Positions 7,246-16,894 of a stretch of 35,877 bases of DNA are shown one piece after another. Position 1 is the stretch's first letter. The number at the start of each line of letters is the position of its first letter. Source of the stretch: Eubacteriales bacterium. Lineage in GTDB: Bacteria > Bacillota > Clostridia > Oscillospirales > CAG-272. Position numbers and translations under genes: made by a program. The notes under the pieces were generated by a model. It worked only from the letters and a program-made list of their open reading frames with translations, searched no databases and was not told the DNA's origin. The DNA lies in NCBI GenBank assembly GCA_045536665.1, contig JAZSNX010000085.1, positions 1 through 35,877 on the forward strand, in the 5' to 3' direction.

Positions 7246-7743
7246 CTATTTTTCGGAGAGTGCATTTAAAACACGCTCAAGAGTTGTGGAAATCTCTGCG
7301 TTTTCAACGGATATAACGGTGTCCGCATAGCGCTCGTATAGCTCTTTTCGCTCGTTATACATATCCTCAAGCGTTTCTCCTTTGCGAATAACGACGCCTC
7401 TGTGAACGTAATCGCCAAGACGGGAGAGCATAGTCTCAAGTGATACCCTGAGATAAACTATTTTACCGAGCTTCGCAAGGCTTTGCATGGCTTCTTCGCC
7501 GTAAACGGCGCTTCCGCCCGTCGATATCACGGCTTTCGTATCTGTGACCGAGCCGCAGATCTCGTTTTCGATCTCAAGAAAGCCTTCGATCCCCTTTTGT
7601 TCAATTATTTCGTGCAGAAGCATGCCCTCCCTTTCCTGAATGAGAAGGTCGGTATCTATAAAACGGTAGCCGAGCTTTTTGGCGAGAAGCACTCCGAGCG
7701 TGCTCTTTCCGCACGACGGCATTCCTATGAGAATGATGGACAT
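7246..7743 (-). CDS. aroK: Shikimate kinase
   Basis: P-loop GMPSCGKST at the N-terminus, followed by RFIDTD and STGGSAV motifs. The length (165 aa) is typical. Confidence 0.9.
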   Translation of the reverse strand: MSIILIGMPSCGKSTLGVLLAKKLGYRFIDTDLLIQEREGMLLHEIIEQKGIEGFLEIENEICGSVTDTKAVISTGGSAVYGEEAMQSLAKLGKIVYLRVSLETMLSRLGDYVHRGVVIRKGETLEDMYNERKELYERYADTVISVENAEISTTLERVLNALSEK

Positions 7744-7777
7744 TTAAGAAAAATTCCTTTCTTTTGATAGCAGTTTT

Positions 7778-7806
7778 ATTATATATTCTTTTAGCGTCAA
7801 TGTCAA
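7778..7806 (-). promoter_or_regulatory. Promoter for aroK
   Basis: The minus strand reads TTGACA (7801-7806), 17 nt, TATAAT (7778-7783). Confidence 0.6.
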
Positions 7807-7813
7807 GAAAAAC

Positions 7814-7842
7814 TTGACATCATAAGCAAAAGATGATACAAT
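7814..7842 (+). promoter_or_regulatory. Promoter for gatCAB
   Basis: TTGACA (7814-7819), 17 nt, TACAAT (7837-7842). Its -35 forms the palindrome TGTCAAGaaaaaCTTGACA with the aroK -35. Confidence 0.6.
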
Positions 7843-7876
7843 TCAATTAATGCTTATTGGGGGGAACGCAAGAGAC

Positions 7877-8179
7877 GTGGAAAATAAAAAGATCAATGTG
7901 GAAGCGATATCGCGCCTTGCGCGACTTGAGCTTGACGATAACGAGAAGCAAAGACTTGGGCGTGAGATGCGGCAGTTTGACGAGTTTGCCGCCTGCCTTG
8001 TGCGGTCTATGGAAAAAAGCGGAGATATTGATGCCACACGGCATTTTTCGGCTGCTACGAGACAGGATATGTTTATGCCCTCTGAGGTGAGTCCGACTGA
8101 GCTCGTCTCGCTGTCCGCCGCTGTAAAGGACGGATATATATCCGTTCCGATAACGGTTGGTAAGGAGGACGGGGAATGA
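7877..8179 (+). CDS. gatC: Asp/Glu-tRNA(Asn/Gln) amidotransferase subunit C
   Basis: INVEAISRLARLELDDNE is the GatC signature. The tracked ORF starts at 7850, but that ATG sits at the predicted transcription start with no RBS. The GTG at 7877 follows a GGGGGGA RBS and gives a typical 100-aa GatC. Confidence 0.8.
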   Translation: MENKKINVEAISRLARLELDDNEKQRLGREMRQFDEFAACLVRSMEKSGDIDATRHFSAATRQDMFMPSEVSPTELVSLSAAVKDGYISVPITVGKEDGE

Positions 8180-9624
8180 GACCAATTACACAGCTGTCTC
8201 TTTATGAGCTCTCCTTGGGACTCTCAAGGCTTGATTTTTCGTCGGCGGAGCTGACGGCGGCGTTTCTTGAGAGGATCGGTGAGACCGATAAGCAAATAGG
8301 CGCTTTTATCACGCTTTGCGAGGATAGAGCGATGGAAAAGGCAAAGGAGATAGACAAGCTGCGTGCGGCGGGAGCTCCGCTCGGGGCGCTTGCGGGAATT
8401 CCGTTTGCCGTAAAGGACAACATATGCACGAGCGGCGTAAGGACCACCTGCGCCTCGCGCATACTTGAAGCATTCGTTCCGCCGTATAACGCGACGGTGG
8501 TAGATAGGCTTGAGAGTGAGGGCGGTATAATGCTCGGTAAGCTCAATATGGACGAATTTGCCATGGGAAGCGCTACCGATACATCGGCATTTGGACTCAC
8601 ACGAAATCCGCTTGATATACGGCGCACGGCTGGCGGAAGCTCGGGCGGAGCAGCCGCGGCGGTCGCGTCAGGCTTTGTTCCCTTTGCGCTTGGCTCGGAT
8701 ACGGGTGGCTCTGTTCGCCAGCCAGCCGCGTTTTGCGGTGTCGTGGGTATCAAGCCGACGTATGGCACGGTATCCAGATACGGTCTGGTTGCTTTTGCGT
8801 CCTCTCTTGACCAGATCGGACCTATAACCAAAGACGTCCGCTCAAACGCTATGGCGCTTGGAGCGATAGCGGGCGCAGATACTAAAGACGCTACTACACA
8901 TAATAGAGCATACGATCTTGAGCGTTGTCTCGGTATGGACATAAAGGGGCTTCGCATAGGCGTTCCTTACGGGGTATTTGACGGTGTATCGGCTGACGTA
9001 GCCGCTGCCACTTTTTCCGCGATCGAGGCTCTTCGTGAGCTTGGCGTCGATATCGTACAGATAGCTCTGCCCGACACGGACGCTTTGCTTGCGGCATACT
9101 ATATCATATCGAGCGCTGAGGCGTCGTCAAATCTCGCGAGATTTGACGGAGTGCGCTACGGAAGGCGCGCCGAGGGCGCTCGGAGCATAGACGAGCTTAT
9201 GACAAAAAGCAGGAGCGAGGGCTTTGGAGACGAGGTAAAGCGCAGAATAATGCTCGGCACGTATGCGCTCAGCAGAGACGCAAGAGAGTCTTATTACAAG
9301 CGAGCGCTTGATCTACGGTCTCATTTAAGGCGTGAGCTTGAGACGGTATTTTTAGGCTGTGACGTTATGGTTATGCCTACCGCTCCGACGGTGGCGTATA
9401 GATTTGAGGATAAAAAGAGAACGCCTCTTGAGGTATATCTTGAGGATAAGCTCTGCGTTATAGCCAATATGGCGGGAGTGCCGGCGCTGTCTTTGCCTTG
9501 CGGCAAGGGAGAGGGCGATATGCCCGTTGGTATCCAGCTTGTGGGCAAGGCGTTTGACGAGCCTTTGCTTTACAGAATAGCGCTTGCTCTTGAGAGCTGG
9601 ACGGGAGGTGCTGAAAATGAGTGA
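8176..9624 (+). CDS. gatA: Asp/Glu-tRNA amidotransferase subunit A (amidase family)
   Basis: Amidase signature GGSSGGAAAAVA...GSDTGGSVRQPA. ATGA start/stop overlap with gatC. Confidence 0.95.
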   Translation: MRPITQLSLYELSLGLSRLDFSSAELTAAFLERIGETDKQIGAFITLCEDRAMEKAKEIDKLRAAGAPLGALAGIPFAVKDNICTSGVRTTCASRILEAFVPPYNATVVDRLESEGGIMLGKLNMDEFAMGSATDTSAFGLTRNPLDIRRTAGGSSGGAAAAVASGFVPFALGSDTGGSVRQPAAFCGVVGIKPTYGTVSRYGLVAFASSLDQIGPITKDVRSNAMALGAIAGADTKDATTHNRAYDLERCLGMDIKGLRIGVPYGVFDGVSADVAAATFSAIEALRELGVDIVQIALPDTDALLAAYYIISSAEASSNLARFDGVRYGRRAEGARSIDELMTKSRSEGFGDEVKRRIMLGTYALSRDARESYYKRALDLRSHLRRELETVFLGCDVMVMPTAPTVAYRFEDKKRTPLEVYLEDKLCVIANMAGVPALSLPCGKGEGDMPVGIQLVGKAFDEPLLYRIALALESWTGGAENE

Positions 9625-11023
9625 ATATGAGGCAATCATAGGACTTGAGGTGCACGTTGAGCTGTCTACTGAAAGCAAGATCTTTTGCTCTTGCTCAACA
9701 AGATTCGGCGCTCCGCCAAATACTCACGTCTGTCCCGTTTGTATGGGATTTCCCGGGGCGCTTCCCGTATTAAACCGTAAGGTCGTGGAATATGCCATAA
9801 GAGCGGGACTCGCGACGGGCTGTAAGATACAGGAGCGTACCCGTCTTGACAGAAAAAATTACTTTTATCCCGATCTTCCAAAGGCCTATCAGATATCGCA
9901 ATATGAATATCCGTTGTGCTTTGACGGTCATGTGAATATAGGCGAAAAAAGCATAGGCATAACGCGCATACATATCGAGGAGGATGCGGGCAAGCTCGTT
10001 CATGAGGGCGCGGAGACCTTGCTTGACTTCAACAGATGCGGAGTTCCGCTCATAGAGATAGTATCAGAGCCTGATATCAGAAGCGCTGACGAGGCAAGGG
10101 CATATCTTACGGAGCTGAGGACGCTGATGCTTTACGCGGGTGTGTCCGATTGCAGAATGAACGAGGGCTCGTTCAGGTGCGACGTCAATCTGTCTGTTCG
10201 TAAAAAGGGAGATAGGACGCTCGGCGTTCGTACCGAGATGAAAAATATCAATTCCTTTTCTTTTGTCGCCAAGGCGATAGAATACGAGTTCGCAAGGCAG
10301 GTGAGCGTTATAGCGTCGGGCAAAGAGGTGATACCCGAAACACGCCGATTTGAGGCGTCCGACGGCAAGACCTACGCTATGCGCTCAAAGGAGAGCGCGG
10401 AGGACTATAGATTTTTCCCCGAGCCCGATCTGCCCGAGTTTACGGTCGACACACAAACGGTAGAGCGCATAAAAGCGGAGCTTCCGATGCTTCCCGACGA
10501 GCGAAGAAAAATATATGTGGAAAAGCACGGGCTTGCGGTGAGTGACTCTTTGATAATGACCTCTCGTCCGGAGCTTGCTTGCTTTTTTGAGAGGGCGGCA
10601 GAGCTTACGGCATATCCGAAAATAGCGGCAAATATGATACTTTGCGATCTGTTGGCTCTTGTTGGAGCGGAGGGCTTTGACTGTCCCGTGTCCGCGGAGG
10701 CGCTTGCCGAGATCGCTACGATGTCGGGAGAGGACAGGATAAACAGCTCGACGGCAAAGAAACTCATAAAGCGGATCGCCGACGGCGAGACACGTTCACC
10801 CGAGACGCTTGTCAGGGAGCTTGGTCTTGAGCAGATAAACGACGGTGAGCGTCTTTTGGGTGTGCTTCGTGAGGTCATAGAGGAAAATCCAAAGCTTATT
10901 TTTGACTACAAGAGTGGAAAAACGGCGGCAAAAAAGGCAATTGTCGGCAAGGTTATGGCAAAGACCGCAGGTCTTGCCAACCCAATCGTACTAAATGAGG
11001 TTTTCGACAAAACAATAAACTAA
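9617..11023 (+). CDS. gatB: Asp/Glu-tRNA amidotransferase subunit B
   Basis: MSEYEAIIGLEVHVEL.. N-terminus, with a GGGAGGTG RBS before the ATG at 9617. The tracked ORF starts further upstream at 9584, inside gatA. Confidence 0.95.
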   Translation: MSEYEAIIGLEVHVELSTESKIFCSCSTRFGAPPNTHVCPVCMGFPGALPVLNRKVVEYAIRAGLATGCKIQERTRLDRKNYFYPDLPKAYQISQYEYPLCFDGHVNIGEKSIGITRIHIEEDAGKLVHEGAETLLDFNRCGVPLIEIVSEPDIRSADEARAYLTELRTLMLYAGVSDCRMNEGSFRCDVNLSVRKKGDRTLGVRTEMKNINSFSFVAKAIEYEFARQVSVIASGKEVIPETRRFEASDGKTYAMRSKESAEDYRFFPEPDLPEFTVDTQTVERIKAELPMLPDERRKIYVEKHGLAVSDSLIMTSRPELACFFERAAELTAYPKIAANMILCDLLALVGAEGFDCPVSAEALAEIATMSGEDRINSSTAKKLIKRIADGETRSPETLVRELGLEQINDGERLLGVLREVIEENPKLIFDYKSGKTAAKKAIVGKVMAKTAGLANPIVLNEVFDKTIN

Positions 11024-11047
11024 AAAAGGGCATATGCCCTTTTTTAT
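11024..11047 (+). terminator. Rho-independent terminator after gatB
   Basis: AGGGCATATGCCCT hairpin followed by TTTTT. Confidence 0.75.
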
Positions 11048-11306
11048 TATAATTTCAAAACACTGACATACAAAACAAACTCTTTGATAAATCCTAATTT
11101 AACGATTGCCTTAAGTCAGTGTTTTCTTTGACAACCGCTTGCGGTTATGGCTCGCATTCTCTATAAAGGAATAAATATAATGTTTAGTTTTCTTTTGCTT
11201 ACTTTTCTTTTTTAAAAGAAAAGTAAGTTTATCTCAGTCTTTCGGAATATTTATTTCCTATGTGTTATAAAATGTGGTGAGAAGCAAATTTCGGGAGGAA
11301 CATACT

Positions 11307-12614
11307 ATGAAGAAAAAGAGACACGTATTATACTCCGTTGGTATAGGCGCGGCTATAATTACGGCGGTCGCGGCGGCAAGTCTTAGCGCCGCGACGGGAG
11401 ATGAGCTGACGACTCTCGTCTCTCCTGCGCTTTCGGTTATCGCCGAGGACAACGGAATGGCTATGGCGGGGCTTATCGGCAACAGCATTACATTCGAGGA
11501 AAACGATTTCGCGCGGGCTCTTAACGTCAAGGACGTGGATAGCATTATAATAACGCAGACGCCACCCGTGAGTGACGGAGAGCTGAGAGTCGGAACGACG
11601 GTCGTAAATTCGGGGCAGCGCGTAAGTGCTGACAGCTTATCTCTTATGACTTATACGGCATCGTCCGCGGAGAGCACAAAGACATCTTTTCGCTTTAAAA
11701 CAGAGGGAGCGAGCTACGATATTCCCTGCACTCTTTACCTGCTTGACAAGGTAAACCATGCCCCCACGCTTGAAAATGTACCCGAGACCTCACTTGAGGT
11801 CAGTACACACAGAAACATCACGTATTACGGCACACTTCCCTGCTATGATCCTGACGGCGACGGAACTATCATTGAGATAGTGTCCTACCCAGATGACGGT
11901 ATTTTGTGCCTTGTTGACAAGAGTACGGGCGAATATACATACACGCCTAAGGCGGGATATTCGGGCAAGGACAGCTTTACGTATGTTGCGCGTGATATGT
12001 ACGGAAATTACAGCGCCTCTGCTGAGGTATCTTTGCGAGTTACCAAGCCAAAGACCACTGTGACCTTTGACGATATGAGCACATCTCCGTATTACAACGC
12101 CGCTCTGACTATGGTGGAAGAGGGCATTATGAGCGGTACGCAGGTTGGCTCTGATGTTTATTTTTATCCCGACGGAACGGTCACGCGGGGAGAGTTTGTA
12201 GTGATGACCATGCACGCTATCGGTATGGATAAGGTGACTGACGTTTCCTCAACTCGCTTTTCCGACGACGCGGATATTCCCGAATATATGAAGGACTATA
12301 TTTCCGCCGCATATGACCTCGGATACATAAAAGGTATCAGCACGGAAAACGGTATGTGCTTTGAGGCGAACAGACCGATAACTCGTGCCGAGGCGGCAGT
12401 TTTCCTTGGAAATATCCTTGACGTTGCCACGCCCACCTTGCTTCCTACCTTTGCCGATAGCGCGGACGTTCCCGCTTGGGCGGCTCCGTCTGTTTATTCG
12501 GTAAATTCCATAGGCGTTATGAACGCGCTTGACGGAAATATCTCCGCCGCCAGCGCGGTAACCCGTGCCGACGCCGCGCAAATACTCACTAACCTTATGG
12601 CGTATTTGGATTGA
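11307..12614 (+). CDS. Secreted cell-wall protein with a cadherin/Ig-like middle domain and three C-terminal SLH repeats
   Basis: The ATG at 11307 follows a GGGAGGAA RBS. Signal peptide MKKKRHVLYSVGIGAAIITAVAAASLSA. DPDGDG...YTYTPKAGYSGKDSFTYVARD is cadherin-like. There are three SLH-like units (FDDMS..YYNAAL, FSDDADIPEYMKDYISAAY, FADSADVPAWAAPSVY). Confidence 0.8.
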   Translation: MKKKRHVLYSVGIGAAIITAVAAASLSAATGDELTTLVSPALSVIAEDNGMAMAGLIGNSITFEENDFARALNVKDVDSIIITQTPPVSDGELRVGTTVVNSGQRVSADSLSLMTYTASSAESTKTSFRFKTEGASYDIPCTLYLLDKVNHAPTLENVPETSLEVSTHRNITYYGTLPCYDPDGDGTIIEIVSYPDDGILCLVDKSTGEYTYTPKAGYSGKDSFTYVARDMYGNYSASAEVSLRVTKPKTTVTFDDMSTSPYYNAALTMVEEGIMSGTQVGSDVYFYPDGTVTRGEFVVMTMHAIGMDKVTDVSSTRFSDDADIPEYMKDYISAAYDLGYIKGISTENGMCFEANRPITRAEAAVFLGNILDVATPTLLPTFADSADVPAWAAPSVYSVNSIGVMNALDGNISAASAVTRADAAQILTNLMAYLD

Positions 12615-12673
12615 GGGACGCGGCGACGCCAAACTCCCTTCAAAGAATTTAAAGCAGATCAAATTTGATCTAT

Positions 12674-12705
12674 AAAAAAGAGCTAAGCCTCAGCGACTTA
12701 GCTCT
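12674..12705 (-). terminator. Terminator after pflA (possibly bidirectional with the SLH gene)
   Basis: The minus strand reads AGAGCTAAGtcgctgaggCTTAGCTCT followed by TTTTTTATAG. The pflA stop codon lies in the loop. Confidence 0.65.
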
Positions 12706-13397
12706 AATGTTTTTTGTAAGCTTACGATTCGTTCATTACTCATCTGCGGTGTTCCCTCAAGCGGGAAGGGTATGCCGAGAGAGCGGTATTTTTCAAGACA
12801 AAGCGTTCTGAACGGCAGCAGCTCTATTTTCTCAACACAGGCAAACGGCTTGACAAGCTCACAAAGCTTTTTTACGTTCTCTTCGCCGTCGTTGATATCG
12901 GGTACTACGACGTGTCTTATCCACACGGGTATCCCTTTTTTATCAAGGATATCAAGAAAGGCAAGCGTGTCCGCAAGGCTACCGCCGATATATCGCTGAT
13001 AGCTCTGCTCGTCGGTCATCTTTATGTCAAGCAGCACGAGGTCAACGTAGGAGAGCAGGCGCTCCACGCTGTCGTTATATATCGCACCGCTCGTGTCGAG
13101 CGCTATATGCAAGCCCTTTTGTTTGAGAAGTACCGCTATCTCGCGGAGAAAGTCTGCCTGAACACACGGCTCGCCGCCGGAAAAGGTGACACCGCCGTTC
13201 TTTATATACGGATAAAGGCGCAAGATCTTGTCTGCTATGTCGCTCGCGTCCGCAAGGTCAGCCTCACGACATTCCCATGTGTCGGGGTTGTGGCAATAGG
13301 CACAGCGCAAAGGGCAGCCCTCGGTAAACAGCACCGCCCTTATGCCCGGTCCGTCCACTGTGCCAAGCGACTGTAAGCTGTGAACGTAGCCTTTCAT
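12690..13397 (-). CDS. pflA: Pyruvate formate-lyase activating enzyme (radical SAM)
   Basis: CPLRCAYCHN radical-SAM cluster motif. It lies directly downstream of pflB. Confidence 0.95.
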   Translation of the reverse strand: MKGYVHSLQSLGTVDGPGIRAVLFTEGCPLRCAYCHNPDTWECREADLADASDIADKILRLYPYIKNGGVTFSGGEPCVQADFLREIAVLLKQKGLHIALDTSGAIYNDSVERLLSYVDLVLLDIKMTDEQSYQRYIGGSLADTLAFLDILDKKGIPVWIRHVVVPDINDGEENVKKLCELVKPFACVEKIELLPFRTLCLEKYRSLGIPFPLEGTPQMSNERIVSLQKTLELSR

Positions 13398-13399
13398 AA

Positions 13400-15634
13400 T
13401 TATACCGTTTCGTGGAACGTTCTGCTTATGACTTCCTTTTGCTGTTCCTTTGAGAGCTTATGGAAGTTTACCGCATAGCCCGACACACGGATAGTGAGGT
13501 TGGGATATGCATCGGGATCGTTCATAGCGTCGATAAGCTTTTGTCTGTCAAGCACGTTGACGTTTATATGGTGCGCGTTCTGCGCGAAATATCCCTCAAG
13601 TATATTGACAAGGTTTGCGCGTCTTTCCGTCTCGTTCGTGCCAAGCGCGTCGGGAACTATGGAGAAGGTGTTGGAGATACCGTCGCGGCAAGCGTCATAG
13701 CTGAGCTTTGCTACGGAATTGAGCGACGCAAGAGCGCCGCACTTCTCGCGGTTGTGCATTGGATTCGCGCCCGGGGCAAACGGCTCGCCCGCCTCGCGTC
13801 CGTCGGGAGTTGCGCCCGTCTTTTTACCGTAAACGACGTTACTTGTTATTGTAAGCACGGAAAGCGTATGAACGGCATTTCTATAGGTCGGGTTCTTGCG
13901 AAGGTCGGTGATGAGCGTTTCAAGTATCTCCTGCGCGATGGAGTCAACTCTGTCGTCGTCGTTTCCGAACTTGGGGAAGTCTCCCTCTGTATCAAAGCCG
14001 CATATAAGTCCTCTTTCGTCTATTATCGGACGAACGGTCGCGTACTTTATCGCGGAGAGGCTGTCGGCAATAACTGAAAGTCCTGCCGCGCCAAACGCCA
14101 TAAGGCGCTCAACGTTTGTGTCGTGAAGCGCGAGCTGAGTTCTTTCATACGCGTACTTGTCGTGCATAAAGTGGATAACGTTCATTGTGTCGACGTACTC
14201 GCCCGCAAGCCAATTCATATAGTAGTCAAGACGTCTGCGTACCTCGTCGTAGTCAAGGACGTCACACTTCATAACGGGCATTTCAGGACCTATCTGCATA
14301 TCGTACTTTTCCTCGCGTCCGCCGTTAAGCGCGAGGAGCAGTATCTTAGGTAGGTTGCATCGAGCTCCGAAGAACTGCATCTGCTTGCCCACCTTCATCG
14401 CGCTTACGCAGCAAGCGATAGCGTAGTCGTCGCCGTATATCGGACGCATAAGGTCATCGCTCTCATACTGAATGGAGTCGGTGTCGATAGATACCTTAGC
14501 GCAATAGCGCTTGAACGTATCGGGAAGCTTGTTGGACCACAGTACCGTGAGGTTTGGCTCGGGCGCGCTTCCGAGGTTGTAGAGCGTGTGCAAAAATCTG
14601 AACGCGTTTTTGGTGACAAGCGTTCTTCCGTCGTTGCCCATACCTCCGACAGCCTCGGTTATCCACATAGGATCACCGCCGAAGAGCTCGTTGTATTCGG
14701 GTGTGCGCAGGTGTCTTATCATACGGAGCTTGATAACGAATTGGTCGATAAGCTCCTGAGCGCCCTGCTCGTCAAGTATTCCGCGGCGCAGGTCTCTCTC
14801 AAGATAGATATCGAGGAACGTGCCGACTCTGCCGAGCGACATAGCCGCGCCGTTCTGCTCCTTGTTTGCGGCGAGATAGCCGAAGTACAGCCACTGTACC
14901 GCCTCTTTTGCGTCGTTTGCGGGGCGAGAAATGTCGATTTCGTACAAAGCCGCCATCTCCTTGAGCTTGCCAAGGAATTCTATCTGCTTGTAAAGCTCTT
15001 CGGAAAGACGGATATTCTCCTCTGTCATTCTCTGCTTGCCGAGCTCAGCCTTATCAAGCTTTTTCTGCTCAATAAGATAATCTATACCGTAAAGAGCGAT
15101 ACGGCGGTAATCTCCGATAATTCTTCCTCTGCCGTAGGCATCGGGAAGACCTGTGAGTATTCCCGTATGTCTCATAGCTCTCATTGTGTCGGTGTATACT
15201 CTGAAAACTCCGTCGTTATGCGTTGTGCGGTAAAGAAACTCCTGCTCTATCTTGTCGGAAAGCTCGTAGCCGTAGGCGCGGCAGGCGCTTCTCGCCATTC
15301 TTATACCGCCAAAGGGGTTGACCTCTCTTTCAAGAGGAGCGCTCGTTTGAAGTCCGACGATAAGCTCGTCCTCTTTTTTGAGATATGCCGCGGGGTAGTT
15401 CGTAAGCGATGTTACAGTGCGGGTATCTATGCTGATAACTCCGCCCTTCTCTTTCTCCTCGCGCAGCTTGTCCTCAAACGCCGCCATAACTCTCTTTGTT
15501 CGCTCTGTGGCGGGCGCGAGAAAGCTCTCGTCGCCAATATACGGTGTATAATTCTTTTGGATAAATTCTCTGACGTTGATAGCGTCGCACCAAGTGCCGC
15601 CAATAAAACCGTTCCATTCCTTTTCAAATCTCAT
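13400..15634 (-). CDS. pflB: Formate C-acetyltransferase (pyruvate formate-lyase, glycyl radical enzyme)
   Basis: 744 aa, with the C-terminal glycyl-radical motif [11 protein letters not shown] and an active-site CC ([10 protein letters not shown]). Confidence 0.95.
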   Translation of the reverse strand: MRFEKEWNGFIGGTWCDAINVREFIQKNYTPYIGDESFLAPATERTKRVMAAFEDKLREEKEKGGVISIDTRTVTSLTNYPAAYLKKEDELIVGLQTSAPLEREVNPFGGIRMARSACRAYGYELSDKIEQEFLYRTTHNDGVFRVYTDTMRAMRHTGILTGLPDAYGRGRIIGDYRRIALYGIDYLIEQKKLDKAELGKQRMTEENIRLSEELYKQIEFLGKLKEMAALYEIDISRPANDAKEAVQWLYFGYLAANKEQNGAAMSLGRVGTFLDIYLERDLRRGILDEQGAQELIDQFVIKLRMIRHLRTPEYNELFGGDPMWITEAVGGMGNDGRTLVTKNAFRFLHTLYNLGSAPEPNLTVLWSNKLPDTFKRYCAKVSIDTDSIQYESDDLMRPIYGDDYAIACCVSAMKVGKQMQFFGARCNLPKILLLALNGGREEKYDMQIGPEMPVMKCDVLDYDEVRRRLDYYMNWLAGEYVDTMNVIHFMHDKYAYERTQLALHDTNVERLMAFGAAGLSVIADSLSAIKYATVRPIIDERGLICGFDTEGDFPKFGNDDDRVDSIAQEILETLITDLRKNPTYRNAVHTLSVLTITSNVVYGKKTGATPDGREAGEPFAPGANPMHNREKCGALASLNSVAKLSYDACRDGISNTFSIVPDALGTNETERRANLVNILEGYFAQNAHHINVNVLDRQKLIDAMNDPDAYPNLTIRVSGYAVNFHKLSKEQQKEVISRTFHETV

Positions 15635-15673
15635 AGCATTGACCTCTCTATCTAAAAAATTACGTGTTTTGCG

Positions 15674-15712
15674 AAAAATAAAAGGGCAGTTTTGTTCTCC
15701 GCAAAACTGCCC
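15674..15712 (-). terminator. Expression-platform terminator of the ZTP riboswitch
   Basis: The minus strand reads GGGCAGTTTTGcggagaaCAAAACTGCCC followed by TTTTATTTTT, about 40 nt before the pflB ATG. The 5' arm overlaps the aptamer 3' end. Confidence 0.75.
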
Positions 15713-15783
15713 AGACGGTCGGCTTATTATTCTCGAGCTCCACGTAGGTCTCCCTACTATTTCCGTCAGTTACTCGGGAACTT
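15706..15783 (-). promoter_or_regulatory. ZTP (pfl motif) riboswitch aptamer in the pflB leader
   Basis: The minus-strand RNA reads ..CCCGAGUAACUGACGGAAAUAGUAGGGAGACCUACGUGGAGCUCGAG..(linker)..GCCGACCGUCUGGGCAG. It contains the conserved ACUGACGGA and CCGACCGUCUGGGC elements, and GACGG/CCGUC pseudoknot complementarity is visible. The genomic context (pfl) is the one that gave the motif its name. Confidence 0.8.
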
Positions 15784-15792
15784 CACAATAAA

Positions 15793-15821
15793 ATTATAAC
15801 ATTTATTTTTCAGTTTGTCAA
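15793..15821 (-). promoter_or_regulatory. Promoter of the ZTP-pflBA transcription unit
   Basis: The minus strand reads TTGACA (15816-15821), 17 nt, TATAAT (15793-15798). Confidence 0.7.
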
Positions 15822-15876
15822 CAGTATTTTTTTGACTTTTCTTACGCATATTAACTTTGGAATCTATGTTTTTCTA

Positions 15877-15905
15877 TTGATTTTTACTGATAGATGTGTT
15901 ATAAT
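15877..15905 (+). promoter_or_regulatory. Promoter for cysK
   Basis: TTGATT (15877-15882), 17 nt, TATAAT (15900-15905). Confidence 0.5.
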
Positions 15906-15943
15906 AATATCCTAAAAAAACAAAATTCTGCTTGAGGTGTGAT

Positions 15944-16876
15944 ATGCCGAAGATATATAATGGAGCGGACGAGCTCATAGGAAGAACTCCTCTTATGCGT
16001 CTTTGCCGTATGGAAAAATTGCTTGGACTTGAAGCAAGACTTCTCTCAAAGCTTGAATATTTCAATCCCGCAGGCTCTGTTAAGGACAGAGTTGCGAGAG
16101 CTATGATAGACGCTGCCGAGAAAAGCGGCGAGCTGACTCCCGACACGGTGATTATCGAGCCTACGTCGGGAAATACGGGCATTGGTCTATGCGCCGTAGC
16201 GGCGGCAAGAGGCTATCGCGCCGTTATAGTTATGCCTGATACTATGTCGGTGGAACGCCGTCAGCTTATGAAGGCGTACGGCGCTGAGGTGGTGCTCTCG
16301 GACGGCTCTTTAGGTATGTCCGGAGCGATAAAGAAAGCGGAGGAGCTTGCCGCTTCCCTGCCAAAGGCGTTTATACCCTCTCAATTTACAAATCCCGAAA
16401 ACGCGAGGGCGCACTTTGATACGACGGGCCCCGAAATATGGGAGGATACCGATGGGGATATCGATATCTTTGTCGCGGGTGTTGGCACTGGCGGTACTAT
16501 TACGGGTACGGGAGAGTACCTCAAGAGCAAGAGCGCGGACATTCGCGTAGTCGCGGTAGAGCCCGCGTCGTCGGCTGTCCTTTCGGGAGGCAAGGCGGGA
16601 ACTCACAAGCTTCAGGGTATTGGCGCGGGATTTGTTCCCCGCGTGCTTAATACGAGTGTTTATGACGAGATCGTTACCGTAGGTAATGACGAGGCAATGG
16701 ATATGGCAAGGCTTATTGCCAAGACAGAGGGAGTGCTGGTCGGTATTTCATCGGGCGCGGCGCTCAGCGCGGCTGTAAAGCTTGCGAAAAAGCAGGAGAA
16801 CAAGGGTAAGAGCATAGTGGCGCTGCTCCCCGATACGGGCGACAGATATCTTTCCACGGAGCTTTTTTCGGAGTAA
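15944..16876 (+). CDS. cysK: Cysteine synthase A (O-acetylserine sulfhydrylase)
   Basis: PLP-lysine motif NPAGSVKDR and a GTGGTITG loop. The ATG at 15944 follows a GAGGTG RBS; the tracked ORF starts at a TTG at 15932. Confidence 0.9.
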   Translation: MPKIYNGADELIGRTPLMRLCRMEKLLGLEARLLSKLEYFNPAGSVKDRVARAMIDAAEKSGELTPDTVIIEPTSGNTGIGLCAVAAARGYRAVIVMPDTMSVERRQLMKAYGAEVVLSDGSLGMSGAIKKAEELAASLPKAFIPSQFTNPENARAHFDTTGPEIWEDTDGDIDIFVAGVGTGGTITGTGEYLKSKSADIRVVAVEPASSAVLSGGKAGTHKLQGIGAGFVPRVLNTSVYDEIVTVGNDEAMDMARLIAKTEGVLVGISSGAALSAAVKLAKKQENKGKSIVALLPDTGDRYLSTELFSE

Positions 16877-16894
16877 TAATAAAGAGGAAAAACA

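Noticed and set aside
8202-8957. 251-aa minus-strand ORF, plus other antisense ORFs in gatA/gatB (for example 10405-10878)
   Set aside because: They are antisense to confidently identified gatA/gatB. The Ser/Pro/Ala-rich composition is typical of reverse-frame translation.
14588-15655. 355-aa ORF on the plus strand
   Set aside because: It lies entirely antisense to pflB, whose identity is unambiguous. The sequence is low-complexity and Leu/Ser/Arg-rich, with no RBS, which is a typical shadow ORF in GC-rich coding DNA.
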